Assembly: GCF_009914755.1 (NCBI RefSeq)
Contig: NC_060946.1
Strand: one strand, 5' to 3'
DNA: 64,000 nucleotides
DNA from: the human T2T-CHM13v2.0 reference genome, Homo sapiens
Part shown: positions 45,467 to 61,389 of the stretch, in pieces
Numbering within the stretch: position 1 is the first letter of the stretch
How the letters are laid out: each line of letters starts with the position of its first letter
Position numbers and translations under genes: made by a program
Notes under the pieces: generated by a model
What the model saw: the letters and a program-made list of their open reading frames with translations, nothing else
Database searches by the model: none
Told to the model about the DNA's origin: nothing

Positions 45467-48400
45467 TTAAAAGACTGTATTGGCCAAGACTGTTGGACAA
45501 GATCAAACCCATGTATGGGCTGGATTTATCCCCTTAGGGACTATTTCCACCTCTGGATTAGACAATACCTCCAACCTTTTAAAGAAACCCTCATAGTGTC
45601 TGTCCAGATTGGATGAGAACAATAATGGGAAATAAAAGGATCAAGGAAATCCCAAATGAAAAACCCAGCATAGTCTTTAATGGCATTTGGCCCGCCCCTA
45701 CCTCCATCTACCTGACATATATCTTCTAAGCCTCAGTTTCCCTCAGGCTAGAGCACAGCTCCTCCAAAACTCCTCCCAACTGTAACCTTTGGAGCTGTAA
45801 CATCATCATAATTTTTCTTAACTACTGGTTTTCAAATATGCACAGGAATGTTGCTTGGGGAAACATGGAAGGTGTGTATTCATGTCTGGGTCTGTAAATC
45901 TAAAAGGCCTCAGTGCTGTCAGTCTGAAGCAAGGAAGGAAAGAGGAAACAGAATGGCATAGAGGTTTAGATGAAAGCCAGATAAATTATTGCATGGAAAA
46001 TTATTTTTTATTGCACTCTGAATAAGAAAAAATGGCAATTAGATGCAGGAGTGCTTAATGGTTTCTACTGAAAATTCAATGTATTGTAGCCACTTCTCAA
46101 TATATATCACCAAGGGTTTTGCAGTAATGAGGTTCTCCCATCATGCATTGGAGGTCAGCTGCATTCTAGCATTATTTATTCTTATGTACTGATCTCATGT
46201 AATCAAAAAGGCCTGAAAACAGAAAATCACTTTCTGTAGAGTCAGTCCCTTTTACTCCTATCTCCTCCACCTTAGACATCATTTAAAGCTGGAGAAATGG
46301 CTTATGATTTTATAAATTGCTGGGTTTTGTGTAGGAGGGTCAACGTGGATTAGGAACCAGGAGACCTGAAACTAAGTCCTTGAATAACTTCTCTGAACCT
46401 TCTTCATCAGTAGAATGAGAGCTGACAAAAGGTGGCTTCCTAGAAGACTTGTTTATTTCTATTTGTACTCCATGTTTCTTTTGGGGGATTTTTTTTTTTT
46501 TTGTATGGTGACCTGGCAATTCCCAGGGACAGATTCTTGCACAATTTGCCACTCCCCAACTACTCCAAAAATCCTTGAAGAAAGGATGTTGTCTAAGTTG
46601 AGCCTATTGGATGCTCACTCCTGGGACTTTCCCTCACCCGAAAGTGACAAAGATGAAGAGAGAAATTGGACATACTAAGACTGCTTGCTTACAGTAATGG
46701 TGGTGGCAGCAGTTTCCTGGACTCTTGGTCATGAATCTTGCCGCCCAACCTCGTGAATTTCCTAGATTTCTGTTTCTCAAGTTTGGTCCTGCCATCCCTG
46801 TCCCCTACCCAATTTTATTTTGTGAGTCTCCCATCTCTGTTAAAACTGTCTTCTTGTGTTAGCTACTCCAATTATTTCTCTTGCTTTTAACCAAAAATCC
46901 TCATGGATCTAGGAAGAAAAGAAACATATTGCATCATATGATCCTTTCCCCAGGGCAACAATTCAGCGCAGGAATTTGCATACAGATGGATGCACACACG
47001 GTGATAGGTATACATGTTCCCTCACTACTCAGTAAGAAATCCAACCCCATGGGGTGGCGGTGGTAGTGTTTAAAAGGTTATTTGTTTTTGAAAAGAACCC
47101 AAGTCTGCTATTCTTAACAGATTTTTTTTTTAAGTGAGCAGGCTCTTATAATAACAAAACCACTCTAGAAATAGCCCTCTCGTATGTAAATTTTGTAGTT
47201 TTTCAAAGTACTTTCATATAAATTCCCTCATTTCATATGCACTCCTGCAAAGTAGGCAGAATAGATAGTATTCACAGTTTATAGATTATTATAATCATAG
47301 CTACCATTTACTCAACACATGTTATGTACCAGGCACTGCTAAATGCTTTATATACCCATATGCCGATCTTGTTAAGGAGGTATTATTATCCTCATTTTAT
47401 AGCTGAAGAAATGGAGGGTGGCCCCAGGTCATATAGATAATACATAGTTGAGGTGAGAACTCGAACTCAGTTCTGTCTGACAACAAAGGCCATGTGTGAT
47501 TTTAGCACACACAGCTTCGTGTCATGTAACACAGCTGGTGAGTGACAGAGCTATACCTGGGACCTAGGCCCTAATTCAGGACAGTTTCCATTTCATTTAG
47601 CTAAGACTTAACCATACGGACCGAAGAGTGGAGTCTTTTTGGTTGTCCATCCAAAGCAAGATTTTTAAGGTGATAGAAAAAGCTCATTAATATTTTCCCC
47701 TACATAACTATCATGGTGCCTAAACTCCATATCATTAAAGATGAATTGCTAGGTGTGAAAACTGATGGGAGTGTGGGTACAAATTCAAACCTGTCCCTGA
47801 GGGGTAAAATGCTAAGCTTTATCAGCTGGAGGAGTAAAGTACTCTTGAGTCTATCCAGAGTGTCAATGACAGGGTGAAATTAGAACTGTTTGGTTTCACT
47901 TGTTTCCTATTTGAATTAAAAAAAAAAATCTTTTGGGAAGATGGGGAAGTTAAGGATAGAATAAAAGAAATTTTGAAAGTATTAGTTTATTCCTCAACAT
48001 GAGGCAATTTGTTTTATCTCTGAAACCTGGTCAAATGAAGAGAGTGTTTAGAATTTCCTAACATCTATGGTTCTTTCCTGGGATTCCTGAGTAAAGGCTC
48101 AGACGTGACATGTCCTGATCTGGTGTTGAGGTTCATTCTGAGCTGAAGACTTTGGGAGATTTTTGTGCTAGCTTGTTTGCAGCACAGAGCATTTTTGCTG
48201 ACGTTGCAAAGGATTGTCATGGCAACCAGAGAAATAAGTTTCCAAGTCCTTGGAGTCCCCCTTAAAGGGAGGCAGATGTCAGTGGGTGTTCATTTGTAAT
48301 TAAGGGTGCTTGAAGGTTTTAGCTGATCATGTCACTTTCAAAGGTGCTGTTCTAATACATCTGCCTCCACGACTCACCAGGGAGCAGCTGCAGCAAGGCA

Positions 48401-48696
48401 GAGAGAAGACTAAGTCCAGTGGGAACATCCATGAAAACACCTTGGCAGCAGTTCTCACTGCTGGCTGCATGTTAGAATCACCTCTAGAACTTACAATGCA
48501 CCAGTGACCTGGCCTCCGATGCCCTTGGCCCCTGATGCCCCAACCAAATCAGTTGACAGGGAGCGGGGCCAGGGTTTCAGAAGTTATATGTATTTTTCAG
48601 CCTCCCAGATGACACTAATGTATAGTCAAGGTTGAGAGGGCCTGAGCTGAAGTTAACGTCTCAGGTCCACTTCCTGGACTTTGTCTAGCGTCTTCA

Positions 48697-49068
<372 letters not shown>

Positions 49069-50168
49069 CTACTTCATAATAATAGCTGCTTCTCAGGGTT
49101 GAGAAGGTAGGGCTGGAGGGACCATGGAACAATGGGTATGAACCATTCAAGTGCCTTCTGATGTTAGGGGCTAACTACGCCCTAGTGAAGACATTTCCTC
49201 ACCAAACATTTTCCAATCACAATCATGTACCCAGCTTGAAATGTGTATCTATTTTGTCCTTTATAACTCTAAGCCAATCCTAAAAACTACATTATATTGA
49301 GTATGTACTATTTGTCAAGCCTTTTTAATAGCATTTGCATATTTTTATTTTATTTAGGTTTCACAAAACCCTCTAAAGTTAGTACTACTGTTGCTTAGAG
49401 AAGGGAACTGGTTTGTTCAAGTTTTTAGCACTTCTTTGTTGGTTAAACTGATTAATTAATCCATGCATTGCGTGTCACCCTTCTGAGATAGTGTATTTAT
49501 ATTCTTACAAGAGCCTTCTGGAGACTGAATACTTTTTCTCCGAAGGAGGACCATTAATAAGGGAACTCTCAGGTATGGTTGCAGGCTGACAGGGGTTGTG
49601 CTTTGTCACAGGACTCTGGACACCTTTCAAATTCTTCCATTTACACATCAGCTTATCCCTTCTGTGCATGATCTATTTTCTAGACCCATCTGTTCCCGTG
49701 CATGTGGTGTTATTTAATCAAGAAAATATTTTATCTCATTTCCTCTTTGGTGTGGAAGGAATAATTCGACAGCAGTAACCCTCAAGCGACAATGTGCATC
49801 AAGAGAAAGGAGATGAGGTTGTCTCAACATTTAAAATGCTCATGTGCCACAAATCAGCTGCTTTACCTCTAGGGACTGTCCCTAATGACAGGTTCCCTTA
49901 CGTGCTGAAGGAGGAGGGCACAATATGACGATATCCTTTGTAGCATTGTCTGAAATCATCCAACAGTTCATCAATAAGGAATGGGTAAGTATACAATGGC
50001 AGGGCCATATACGTGGAATATTACAAAGCACTAAAAAGAGTGTGGCAGATTCATATGTGTTATAATGGCTAAACATTATTGCTGAATGAATAAGGCAAAT
50101 TGAAGAAAAATGGATATAGCATGTATGTACACACACATACATATACATACACATCTACTCTAAGATCA

Positions 50169-50492
<324 letters not shown>

Positions 50493-52143
50493 CTAACAAT
50501 TATCTCTAAGGGCAGCAAGGAGAGAACCTCATTATATGTGTATTTTTGTGGGTGGATTTCAAAGAGGGCGTTAGTCTTTTCCATTATGTTTAAATTTTTG
50601 TGATGTTATAATTATTATGGATATACAGTAATTAAAATTTAATTAAAAATCCAAACTCTTGCAATTTCTTTTTTTATTTGAACAATGAAGTACAATATTT
50701 TTAAATGGGAAGATTTTAGAATGGAAACTTGAAAAAGGGTTCTGTATTCAGTGCCATAAAAAAGAAAGCACATGAGATTGGGAGTCAGGGCGTTCGACTG
50801 TGTGACCTCAGGCAAATCACTTCTCTCCTCTGGGTCTCTGTTCCTCCTCTGTAGAATGAGGGGTTTGGGCCTAGTCAATGGTTTTCTCATTACTTTCCAG
50901 TGCCCCAGGATTTGCCAGAGGTGGCTCAGGTGCCATTGCAAAGTGTATGTGCATGTGTTGGGGCAGGGGGCGGTGAGGCGTGGAGAGACAGAGATAGAGA
51001 AATAAAGACAAATACAAAGAAGGTTAAAAGGAGAGAGAGAGAAGGAAGGAGAAAAGAACTGAAGGCGGAGAAAGAGAGGGAGAGAGAAAAAGAGAGAGGG
51101 AAAAGATTTTCTTTTGTAAAAGAACCACTTTATTCAGATATGATTGACATGCAAAAGAGAGAGATTTCTAAGATCCATTCGGCTCAGCTATTCTAAACAG
51201 AGGCAAGTAGCAACAGAAGCTAGACAACTGGCTTTAAATTTGTACCCTGTGTGTTGCGGGGAGGCAGTGGAGAAGCACCTGGCTGGAAGTTAGAGAACTT
51301 GCCATCGGCAAGAACAGATTCAGCCTGAACTCCAGCCATCTGGCCACACACCGGTACCTCCATGCTGGACTCCAGAGACACACTGATGCTTCCAGTCCTT
51401 TGTGTCGAGCAGAACAGGCATGAGAGGAGGACCAGCTGACTGGCCTTTCTTCAGGCTCTGTGAGACTGGATGCTGAGTTCCAGCAGCATTCCTTGTCACC
51501 TTCTGCTTGGACTGGCTCCGCTACACTGGGAGAGGGGCTCCCTTTCCTGGTTTTCAAGCCCCTGGAAGGAGAGCAGAGCTTAACTTCCAGAAGCAGATCA
51601 TTACTTTCTTCAAAACCATCTCCATCTGGACTTCAGAGGAGTAAGCATACCATAATCAGTGAAAGAAGGCATTTGAAAGCACTGCTTGGTCTATAAAATG
51701 CTATATCACATAGTGGCTGAAAAATAGTCATTGAAAGAATACATTCTTATGACTTTTCCTTTCAAAGAAGAAACGAGATAATGGCAAACATTTACCTTGG
51801 CATTACTAGAGATTTGGGTTCAAATCCCAGCTTTACCACTTAAATAGTGTGTGTGATCTTAAGCAATAATGATAATGATAGTAATAATTAATAATAATAC
51901 ACTTGTGCACCAGCCTCTCTGCTAAGTGTTTAACCTTTATTTTCTTATTGAATTCTTTCAGTGACACTTTAAGATAGATATTAATACCTCCATTTTAAAG
52001 ATAGAGATGTATGGGCTCAGAGAAGCTAAGAAACTTACTAAAGTCACACACTCTAAGAGTGCCAGGGTCAGGAGTTGAACCCAGATCCACATCCACATTC
52101 TTTGAAAAGCATTGCTTTTAACCATTCTAAAAGACTTCTCTGA

Positions 52144-52454
<311 letters not shown>

Positions 52455-52807
52455 TCAGTTCTTCCTGTCTTGTGAGATGATCATGAGGATCAATTGGACC
52501 AATTTATATGTCCTGTCCTGAAATCCAGAACCTGGAATGTATCACTAAAAGCAAGTGGAACAGAGAAAACCATGGCTTTTTACATGGAGGGAAATCTTTT
52601 ATTATTAATACTAAAGCACACCTGTGGTTGTGATTTTTGTGATTGGGTCACCTCACTATGGGCAGGTGGCATTTTAATCCCTTGAGATTGTGCATAAAGA
52701 TTTTTACCACCTTTGAAATGGAAATTCTTCTTCTTTCCCCCAAATATCTCCATTACGCTGCTATACTAGTAGGACGGGCAAAGCACATTCAAGACAGACA
52801 GAGTTGG

Positions 52808-53183
<376 letters not shown>

Positions 53184-54260
53184 TCATTCATTCATTGCTC
53201 CTCTGGGAATTGGTAGTCTCCATCACCGTGTTGCCAGGCAACCAAAACAGCACGTGCCTCAGGAGGTGAACAAACCAATCAAAACACTTGAAGGAAAAGC
53301 TTTACCTGGTTGGCCTCCAAGATGGAAAAGGGGCTCTCTGGGTGGACTCAGGGCTGCGGCTGCTGGGATCAGCATCAGAGCTGGAGGGAACCCAGGAAAC
53401 TAGAAACCTCTCATTTTTGTGTCTTAAGTGGTGGCCTGTTTGACTGTGAAGTCCACAAGGTTACAAAGAAACTCTGTGGCAGAGCCAGGAGGACAAGTTG
53501 GATCTCCCAGTCTTAGTCTAGTGTTTCATCCCTTATACCTCATCGCCATCATTTCAAGTCATGTGTGTGGCACTGTCTATGTATGAGACTCCTGCTTGCA
53601 GTGTGAGGGATGCAGAAGCCATTTAGACGCCATTCCTCATTCGGCCGTCTAACAATGCTTTATTTCACTTCCATAATGAAGGCAATGAAGCATAGTGATG
53701 AAAGATTCAGGCACTCACAGCCAGACAGAGCACAGGGTTCAGCTCAGCCCGTTACTACTTATGGGAGAATGGATATTACTTAACCTGTCTGTGTCACGTT
53801 TTCTCAAATAAACTGATGTTAAGTATGAGAATTAAAGCACAAAGGAAAGTTCGGTAAATGTTGGCCATCGTTGGAGATAACACTTGGGGCTCTTGAACTT
53901 AGACTCTGAAACTGGGCTGCCTGGGCTCAAGTCTCAGCTCTGCCTCATACTCACCACATGATCACTGCCAAGTTACTTACAATTTCCAGGATTTGTTTCC
54001 CTATCTGTAAAATGAGTGTAATAATCGAACCTATTAGGTTCATTATGAACTAAAATAATTTCATATGCATAAAGTGCTTAGAATACTTTCTGGTACAACA
54101 TAAGTACCCTATAAATTTTAGCTAATATGATCCATCAACAAATATTTATTGAATACATTGTATGTACTAGGCACTGACCTAGGAGCTCTAGATATAAAAC
54201 AAATCAAAAAAATAGGTAAATGTCTCTCTGCTTCATGCAACTATGACTGTTATTACATTC

Positions 54261-54566
54261 TTTTTTTTTTTTTTTTTTTGAGACGGAGTTTTGCTCCTGT
54301 TGCCCAGGCTGGAGTGCAATGGCGCGTTCTTGGCTCATGGCTCACTGCAACCTCCACCTCCCAGGTTCAAACTATTCACCTGCCTCAGCCTCCCAAGTAG
54401 CTGGGATTACAGGCATGCGCCATCGCACACCGCTAATTTTGTATTTTTAGTAGATGGGGTTTCTACATGTTGGTCAGACTGATCTCGAACTCCCGACCTC
54501 AGGTGATCCACCCGCCTCGGCCTCCGAAAGTGCTGGGATTACAAGCATGAGCTGCCGCTCCTGGCC
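54261..54566 (-). mobile_element. AluS
   Basis: TSD tgttattacattcttt. Confidence 0.95.
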
Positions 54567-54776
54567 TGTTATTACATTCTTAATAATGTCTGTTTATTTC
54601 TCAATTCCTGCAAGGACCTGCAATTCCTGCAAGCATCTTAAATGCCCAGTATGTGTTTGGTTCACATTTGTATTACCTGTGCTTGGCACTGGGCCAGGGG
54701 TCTAGTACATGTTCAGTAAATATTTGTTTAATATACATATATATTTGTTTAATATACATACTGTGCTATGTATAGA

Positions 54777-55015
54777 ACAATGGTTTGCAACCAGAGATGA
54801 CTTCGATCCCTCTGGGGATATCAGGCAATGTCTAGGGATATCTTTGGTTCTCACAGCTTGTGGGGTGGGTTAGAGAAGGTGGTGGTGGTGGTGCTACTGG
54901 CGTCTAGTGGGTAGAGGCAAGTGATGCTTTTAAAATCCTAAAGCAAACAGCACAGCCCCCATAACAAAGAATTACCCAGCCCCAATATCAATAGCAACAA
55001 ACTGAAAAGCCCTGG
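54777..55015. mobile_element. MER20 (hAT-Charlie)
   Basis: ggcaatgtctagggatatctttggtt...gtgctactggcgtctagtgggtagaggc...cagcccccataacaaagaattacccagcccca. Confidence 0.88.
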
Positions 55016-58000
55016 TAATACAACAGAGATAAACAAAGCCTTGTAATGACCCCTTCCCTCCAAAAGCTCTTGTTCTGTGCAACCGTGAGAGCATAGCACA
55101 CTAAGTACTGTGCAGGGGGCGGGACTGTGAGAACATAGAGAAGAGGCACCTGAACAGCTGAGGCTTCTGGCGGAGGTGGTGTCTGAGGGGAATCTTCAAG
55201 AACATGTGTGAGTGTTCCAGGCACATTTTGTGTGTTCTGGGAGAAGTTATAGGACTTGGGGAAATGTGCCGGAAGGGTGAACAGCATGAGCAAAGGCTCG
55301 AAAGTAAAAAGTAGTTTGGGTTTCTTAAAGTGCAACAACAGAACAGGAGTGGGAGCAGAGGCTTGGCAGGCAATCGTGGAGAGCTGGGCGTGATGTGATC
55401 AGCCAGAATTTCCAAAGTCTGTTTTCTAAACACTAGTCCTTCAACACATGCCAGAAATAAAAAATTAAAAAAAATAAAAAAAGCCAACATCAAATAAGAA
55501 TGAGAAAGTAGTGAACGCTACCTCCTACCCTTTTGGAGATTTGCAAGACATGTTGGTATCATGCAGCCTCTGACAAATCCTGCATTAAAGAAACTTGATT
55601 GATTTCATTTAGTTTAACCCAGAGTCTTCCAAAGGTTTTTGACCATGAGAACTTCTTTCCCAGACACTTATGTACCTGGATTCTACAGACCCCACTTTGG
55701 GAAGAGGAGCCACAGGCTATGAAGATATTTATGGGTTGCCTTTAAGAAATACAGTGTCTGGATTTGAGTTTTGGGAAGATCTCTCTGGCTCCTATGTGAA
55801 AGTGGATTCAGTAGGTAGGAGATGTTTATACACGTTGTTAAAGTGTGTGTCATGATGCTGTGATGTATTGATTCCTGGGCTGTCTCCTCCACTAGACTCT
55901 GAAATTTTTGTTGTAGGGGGCACATTTGTCGATCACTGTATCCCAGTGCCTAGATAAGCTGGACAGATAATAGGCACATGCTCCTATTTTTAAATGAATA
56001 CATGCATATTGTTTTCAGGCATTGTACTACACATTGAGGCTGAACAAGACACATGGAGCCCCTGTTCTCACACAGTTAACAGACCAGCAAGCATGTAGAA
56101 GATACTTTATATTAATACATGTTTATGGACTGGTGGAATGACTAGCATAATAAATAAGACAGAAAGTGGCAAGGATCAGAAATTGGGAAGGGCCTATGAA
56201 TCTGTACTGGAAACTAGTTACTTGATTACTTCTGATGTCCAGGGGCCCACGTTTGGGAACTGCTGTGCTGCCAGTCAGAGATGAGGTCTCTTTAATTGGC
56301 CTGCCGAGATCAAGGCCCCAGCCTTCCTACCTGGCTGTTCCTGACTCTTCCCACGTGGGGCTATCAAGCCTCTGGATTCTCTGTTCTGGAGCTACTACCC
56401 GGCCGTTTCTGATCTTGTTTTGATCCCCTAAATGCAGATTGGAGCACTACAGGTCCTTTATAGACCAAACCCTGATGGGAACCATCACTTTACTGGACAC
56501 CAAGTGGGTTGCTTGCTTCTGGTTTCCACCTCCCTGCCCTCCCCATGCAGAACGTACTCCTCCCTCATGTGACACCATCACATCCCTGGGTCCAAAAGAC
56601 TGTCTCTCGAGATCTGCTCAAAAATGCCTATGAGGCAAAACATATTTCTGTTTTAATGTAGGCTGTGTACACAGTTAAGCTCTGTTTTATTTTTGATGTG
56701 CAAATTAAAAAGAAAAAGAGGAGGAGGAGGAGAAGGAGGAGGAGGTGGGGGAGGAGGAGGAGATGTCTGTATGGTATTTTAAGAGAGGCTGGAGCACTTT
56801 TCTTCATTTTGTCCTGGATAGGATTTTCCAGGGAAATGAAAAAGAATAAAAAGGCCCTGATTGACTGGTTCATGGCAAGGGGAATCATTTTCTTAGCTGG
56901 CTGATCAGGAGACAATAGATAGTTGTGATTGAATTAACTGGTGGTTTTTAAATTCCTGCTGGTGGAAAAACTTCACCAGAATCATTTGGGAAGCTCATAA
57001 AAAAGTGATGCTCAGGTCTCATCTGAGATTTATTGAATCAGGGCTCTAAAGGTAAAGTACCAGAATGTATATTTCTAAAAATATTCCGTGGAGATACTGA
57101 TACATAGCCTGGATTGGTCGGTGGTGGGCTAGTGTGGGTCAGTGATGGAGCACTTCTCAGCTTGGCACAATCTCATTCTCTCATAAAGCCAATTCTGACT
57201 CTCTCTCCCAAGTCTAAATCCAAACTCAGTGTCACCCACCCCAGACCACAGGGCATAGCCTGAAGACCTTTTCTCATCCATTCTCCGGTCCAGCTCATGC
57301 CAATGAAGGTTGTTCGTAGTCCTGGCTGTCAAACACTGATCTATGAAACGCCAGGGCTGGCCTTCATTCCAGCTGCACCACCTGTTAATAATGCTCAGCA
57401 CAGACATTTCTAGGCAAGGGAGAAAACCAGTTTTTCCTGCGGCCGTCTCGAGGGATATACATTTCCTATCATTACAGTTCATAATTTCCCTGATGATGGG
57501 AACATCATGTCAACTCTCATCCAATTTAAACAGGTCGTCTGTTGACCGATTTTCTTCCCCCATATGGGGTGGGGTAGTGGTGAAATGCCTTCTATTTCTG
57601 TTCAGGAAAAGACAGAGGATTTTGTTTTATGTACTTTAAACTTCATTCCTAAAGTTTAAATAAACTTTGCAGACATTTTCTCATTTGCCTTCATCAACAA
57701 CTCTTTAGTACAATAAAGGGTCTTGCAGGTCCCAATCCATCTCTGTAGAGTGGGGCTGAAATTTGAAGGATCTGTGTGCACACACGTAACCCTGATTATT
57801 GAACCCTGGACCAGCCTCTGAATATTAAAAATCATATTTTAGAAGTCCAATCTACCAATCAAAAGGAATTTTAAAGGAGTTTTAAGCTATGCCGGGTTCT
57901 CTTGAAGACCAATACATGGAATCCATTTTATAACCTAGAACAATTTTCTAAACTCCTCCTTAACCTTTCCCTCCATTCTCTCCCACCTCTTAGATGCTCT

Positions 58001-58837
58001 AGAGCCCACCCCTCATAAAGTCTCCTCCACTCTCTCTAACACCCAACCCTGCAACTTTTATTTTTATTTCCTCTTGGCATTCCTTTTGGATCTCTGAGCC
58101 TGGCTTCCCATTCACATTCTTCATATTCTTTTGAATTTATATCACAAAACCCTACAAATTGGGATAGCAAGCCAAAACATCACTGATTGCTAACCAAGTA
58201 AAAAGAAAATTGCGTTAATACGAGTGAGGTAAAGGATTTGGTAGCCGAGAACATATACATGCTAATAAACCTTACCTCCTTCACATGTATGTTTGGGGTT
58301 ATCATCTGTACTCCAGACAACAGCCCTGCAGACAGCGACTGTAAGTAATACCATTCCTATAATCCTCCCATGGCAGCATGAGGGCATCCACATCTCCTAC
58401 CTTTCCTAACTAGAAGCTTCCTTCCTGGCTCTCACTCTCTCCCTTTCCCCTTAAACTCATCCGGGCTTATTGTCTGCTCATTCTGGTGATTCATATTATG
58501 TTTCTATCCTCTGGACTGATGTCAACAGGAAAGCAGCGTGACTGGGTGAATCAGCTGAGATGTAGCTCAGCACTTGTAAATGTCAGGAGGAGAACATGTG
58601 GCTTGGCTTTGTGTCCCCCTCCTCACTCTTCTTCTTTATGGCCAGGATCACCTACTCCTTTACCGGGACCGCTTCCCACATCTCTCCTCCATAGAATTCC
58701 ACTCATTCATACATTGTTGTGAGTTGCAATAAAGTACCTTTGATATGATTTTCCTCCATAATCATGACCGCAATGTGAGTCATGATTTGAGCAAGGAATG
58801 GCCTTAAGAAAAATAAATATGTAAAAGTCATTGTTCC

Positions 58838-59167
58838 GGCTGGGCGTGGTGGCTCACGCCTGTAATCCCAGCACTTTGGGAGGCCGAGGTGGGCAGACCA
58901 CTTGAGGTCAGGAGTTCCAGACCATCCTGACCAACATGGTGAAACCCCATCTCTACTAAAAATACAAAAATTAGCCAGGTGTGGTGCCGTGTGCCTGTAG
59001 TCCCAGCTACTCAGGAGGCTGAGGCCAGAGAATTGCTTGAACCAGGGAGACGGAGGATGCAGTGAGCCGAGATCACACCACTGCACTCCAGCCTGGGCGA
59101 CAGAGTGAGACTCCATCTTAGAAACAAACAAACTAACAAACAAACAAAAAAGAAAAAAAGAAAAAAA
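58838..59167 (+). mobile_element. AluS
   Basis: TSD aaaa(g/a)tca(t)(t/a)gttcc. Confidence 0.95.
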
Positions 59168-61018
59168 TCATAGTTCCATAATAAGCAGATCTACAGAGGA
59201 GAAAGGGTCCTTTGTCTTTAGTCTTATATCTGGGAAGTAAGTGAAGGGGGTCCTTGCCCCAGGGGCCTGGATTACTTTAGTCCAGCATGTTTTCTATATA
59301 TTTGACATTTACTGAGTTTTTATTCTGTACCAGATACTGTTCTAAGTGCTTTACACATGTTAACATTTAAAATCATCATAACATAGGCATGTGATAGTTA
59401 TTCATATTATCTACATTTTGCTGATGAGGAATTCCAAGCTTAGCGAGCTTATGTAACTTGGCCAAAGTTACTCAGGCAATGAGTGTTGGAACCAAGATTT
59501 AAATGCGTACCAGTGTTATAGCCTGAACTATTAACCATTATGCAACACCTGCTTCTCTCTTTTAATCCAAGTAGCTAATTGGATTCTTTACCAAGAGACA
59601 GTGATAGCCACCATTTCAGTGAAATAGCTATGTTTCTGTAGCTAGGTAAAGTCTTGGTAGGGAGGGAGATATGGTAGCTATTATGTGATAGAGTTGGAAT
59701 CAAGTCCAGATCTTCTTACTCCAAATACCGTGGTCTTCTAACTTTAGAATAGTTGAAGAATTTCATCAGTAGTGACAAAGAAAATCCTGTGTCTATCTGT
59801 AGGAGGATTTACTTAATTTGTTTTATCAAAAAATGTATTTGATCTTCCTTAGGTGAATCAGTCACCTGGGCCTCATTTCCTCTGCTTCTGTTTCCTACAA
59901 TTCTACACCATGTGGTGAGAAATTGTCTCATTATTCCTCAATGCTCCAGTGAGGAATCCTAAGTAAAACAGCCCTCATTGTATAGATAAGGGGACCGAGG
60001 CTTGGAGAATGTTAGTAACTTTCCATAATTACATAGCTAGTAGGTGGTAGAACCTGAATAATTGTTGAAAGGATCTTGGAGGAGAAAGATTTATGACAAT
60101 TCTTATTTACTCAATGAAGACTTCTTTGAAAAGCTTTGCACTGACTATTATAGTAAATATGGTCTTGAGTAATTAAATCTATAATTCTATTTTCCTTCAC
60201 GGTATCACATTCCTTCCTCTTCAAAGATGCTTCTCATAGCTGTTATAATTGAATAGGATTAGAGAAACATAACAAATGGAAAATTTTCCTTTCATGAGCT
60301 CTGGGGACTATCCACCTAAAATGTGTCTTCCAGATAAGACGATGTCATGCAGATTAGACATATCCTTAGAGAATGATAACACGTTTACTGCGAGTGAGTC
60401 ACCTTCCTTTGGGATGTCAGAATTAGGCAATATCAAATCTAATAAACATCGATAGGCTGGAAAGAATTCTAATGTATTCAACAAGGTCAAAGAAATTCAG
60501 TGTCTAAGGCAAGGGCAGTAGTAACTTGAATCTATTTCTCCTCTACCTGACCTTGAAACTCATTTTCAACCCATGACTTCAAAAATATTAGGAAACAGGA
60601 AATAATAAGTTATACTGTTAGGAAATAAGTCTCCCTAACTGATTGGATAAGATATTTCTCTGGCACTTAAATCAGAGTACGTGACTTCTTCCTTAATTCC
60701 TATTTGAGAAAGTGCCATAGTAAACACACCCATGTCACTGGAGATACACACAATTCTGCTTGATGGTGACAGTATACTTGTGATGGGATTTATTATAAGT
60801 AGATTAGTTCTAGGAGCTTAGTTCTTGGCTTTGGCTATGTGGCCTTGTGGATGCAATTTTCATTCTCTGTTCCAAGGACTTGTGTTTTGTAATTTCTAGG
60901 ATTCTTCTGAAGATATTTTTGAGTACCTAATTGGATGTGTGTGTATCTGTTTTGAAGCACCAGATTTTCATGAATACTGAAAGGAAAACTTCAGATTTAT
61001 TCTGTCAATGGGATTTTT

Positions 61019-61039
61019 CCTGCTGTCCGTGGTGCTGAA
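61019..61039 (-). promoter_or_regulatory. RE1/NRSE (REST binding site)
   Basis: Minus strand reads TTCAGCACCACGGACAGCAGG versus consensus TTCAGCACCACGGACAGCGCC: first 18 bases identical, canonical 2-bp spacer. Confidence 0.88.
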
Positions 61040-61389
61040 TTGTATTATACAAGTCCTTCAGATTTCAAGTGTGAATGTTTCAGCTGGAAGAGGGAAAGGT
61101 AAAAGGGAAAGAGTTAGACTTCATAAAAGCCTACAGATCTGTCCAATAGTGTTTATCCATATGTCTATAAACAAAATAAACACAGATAAGCTTAAGATAA
61201 GCCATATAGCTATAGAAATTGTAACTTTTTTGAGAGACTCTTTCTTCTTTAGCGTTGTATCTTAAGAGCTGGGATGTTACTTGACCCAGAGTTCATTCTC
61301 AATGGATTTTCTTTTTAGTGAATAGTGAATAAATTCAGTCACAGTGCTCAAAGAATTGGATACATATTTAATGCTCAAGTGGGAGGTCT

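Noticed and set aside
56665-56904. Poly-Arg/Lys ORF resembling an NLS or protamine
   Set aside because: Arises from a short (GAG/AGG)n purine tract; no splice or promoter support.
57129-57639. Unique-looking region with 98- and 117-aa ORFs
   Set aside because: No recognisable homology or convincing splice-site pair; lengths are within chance expectation.
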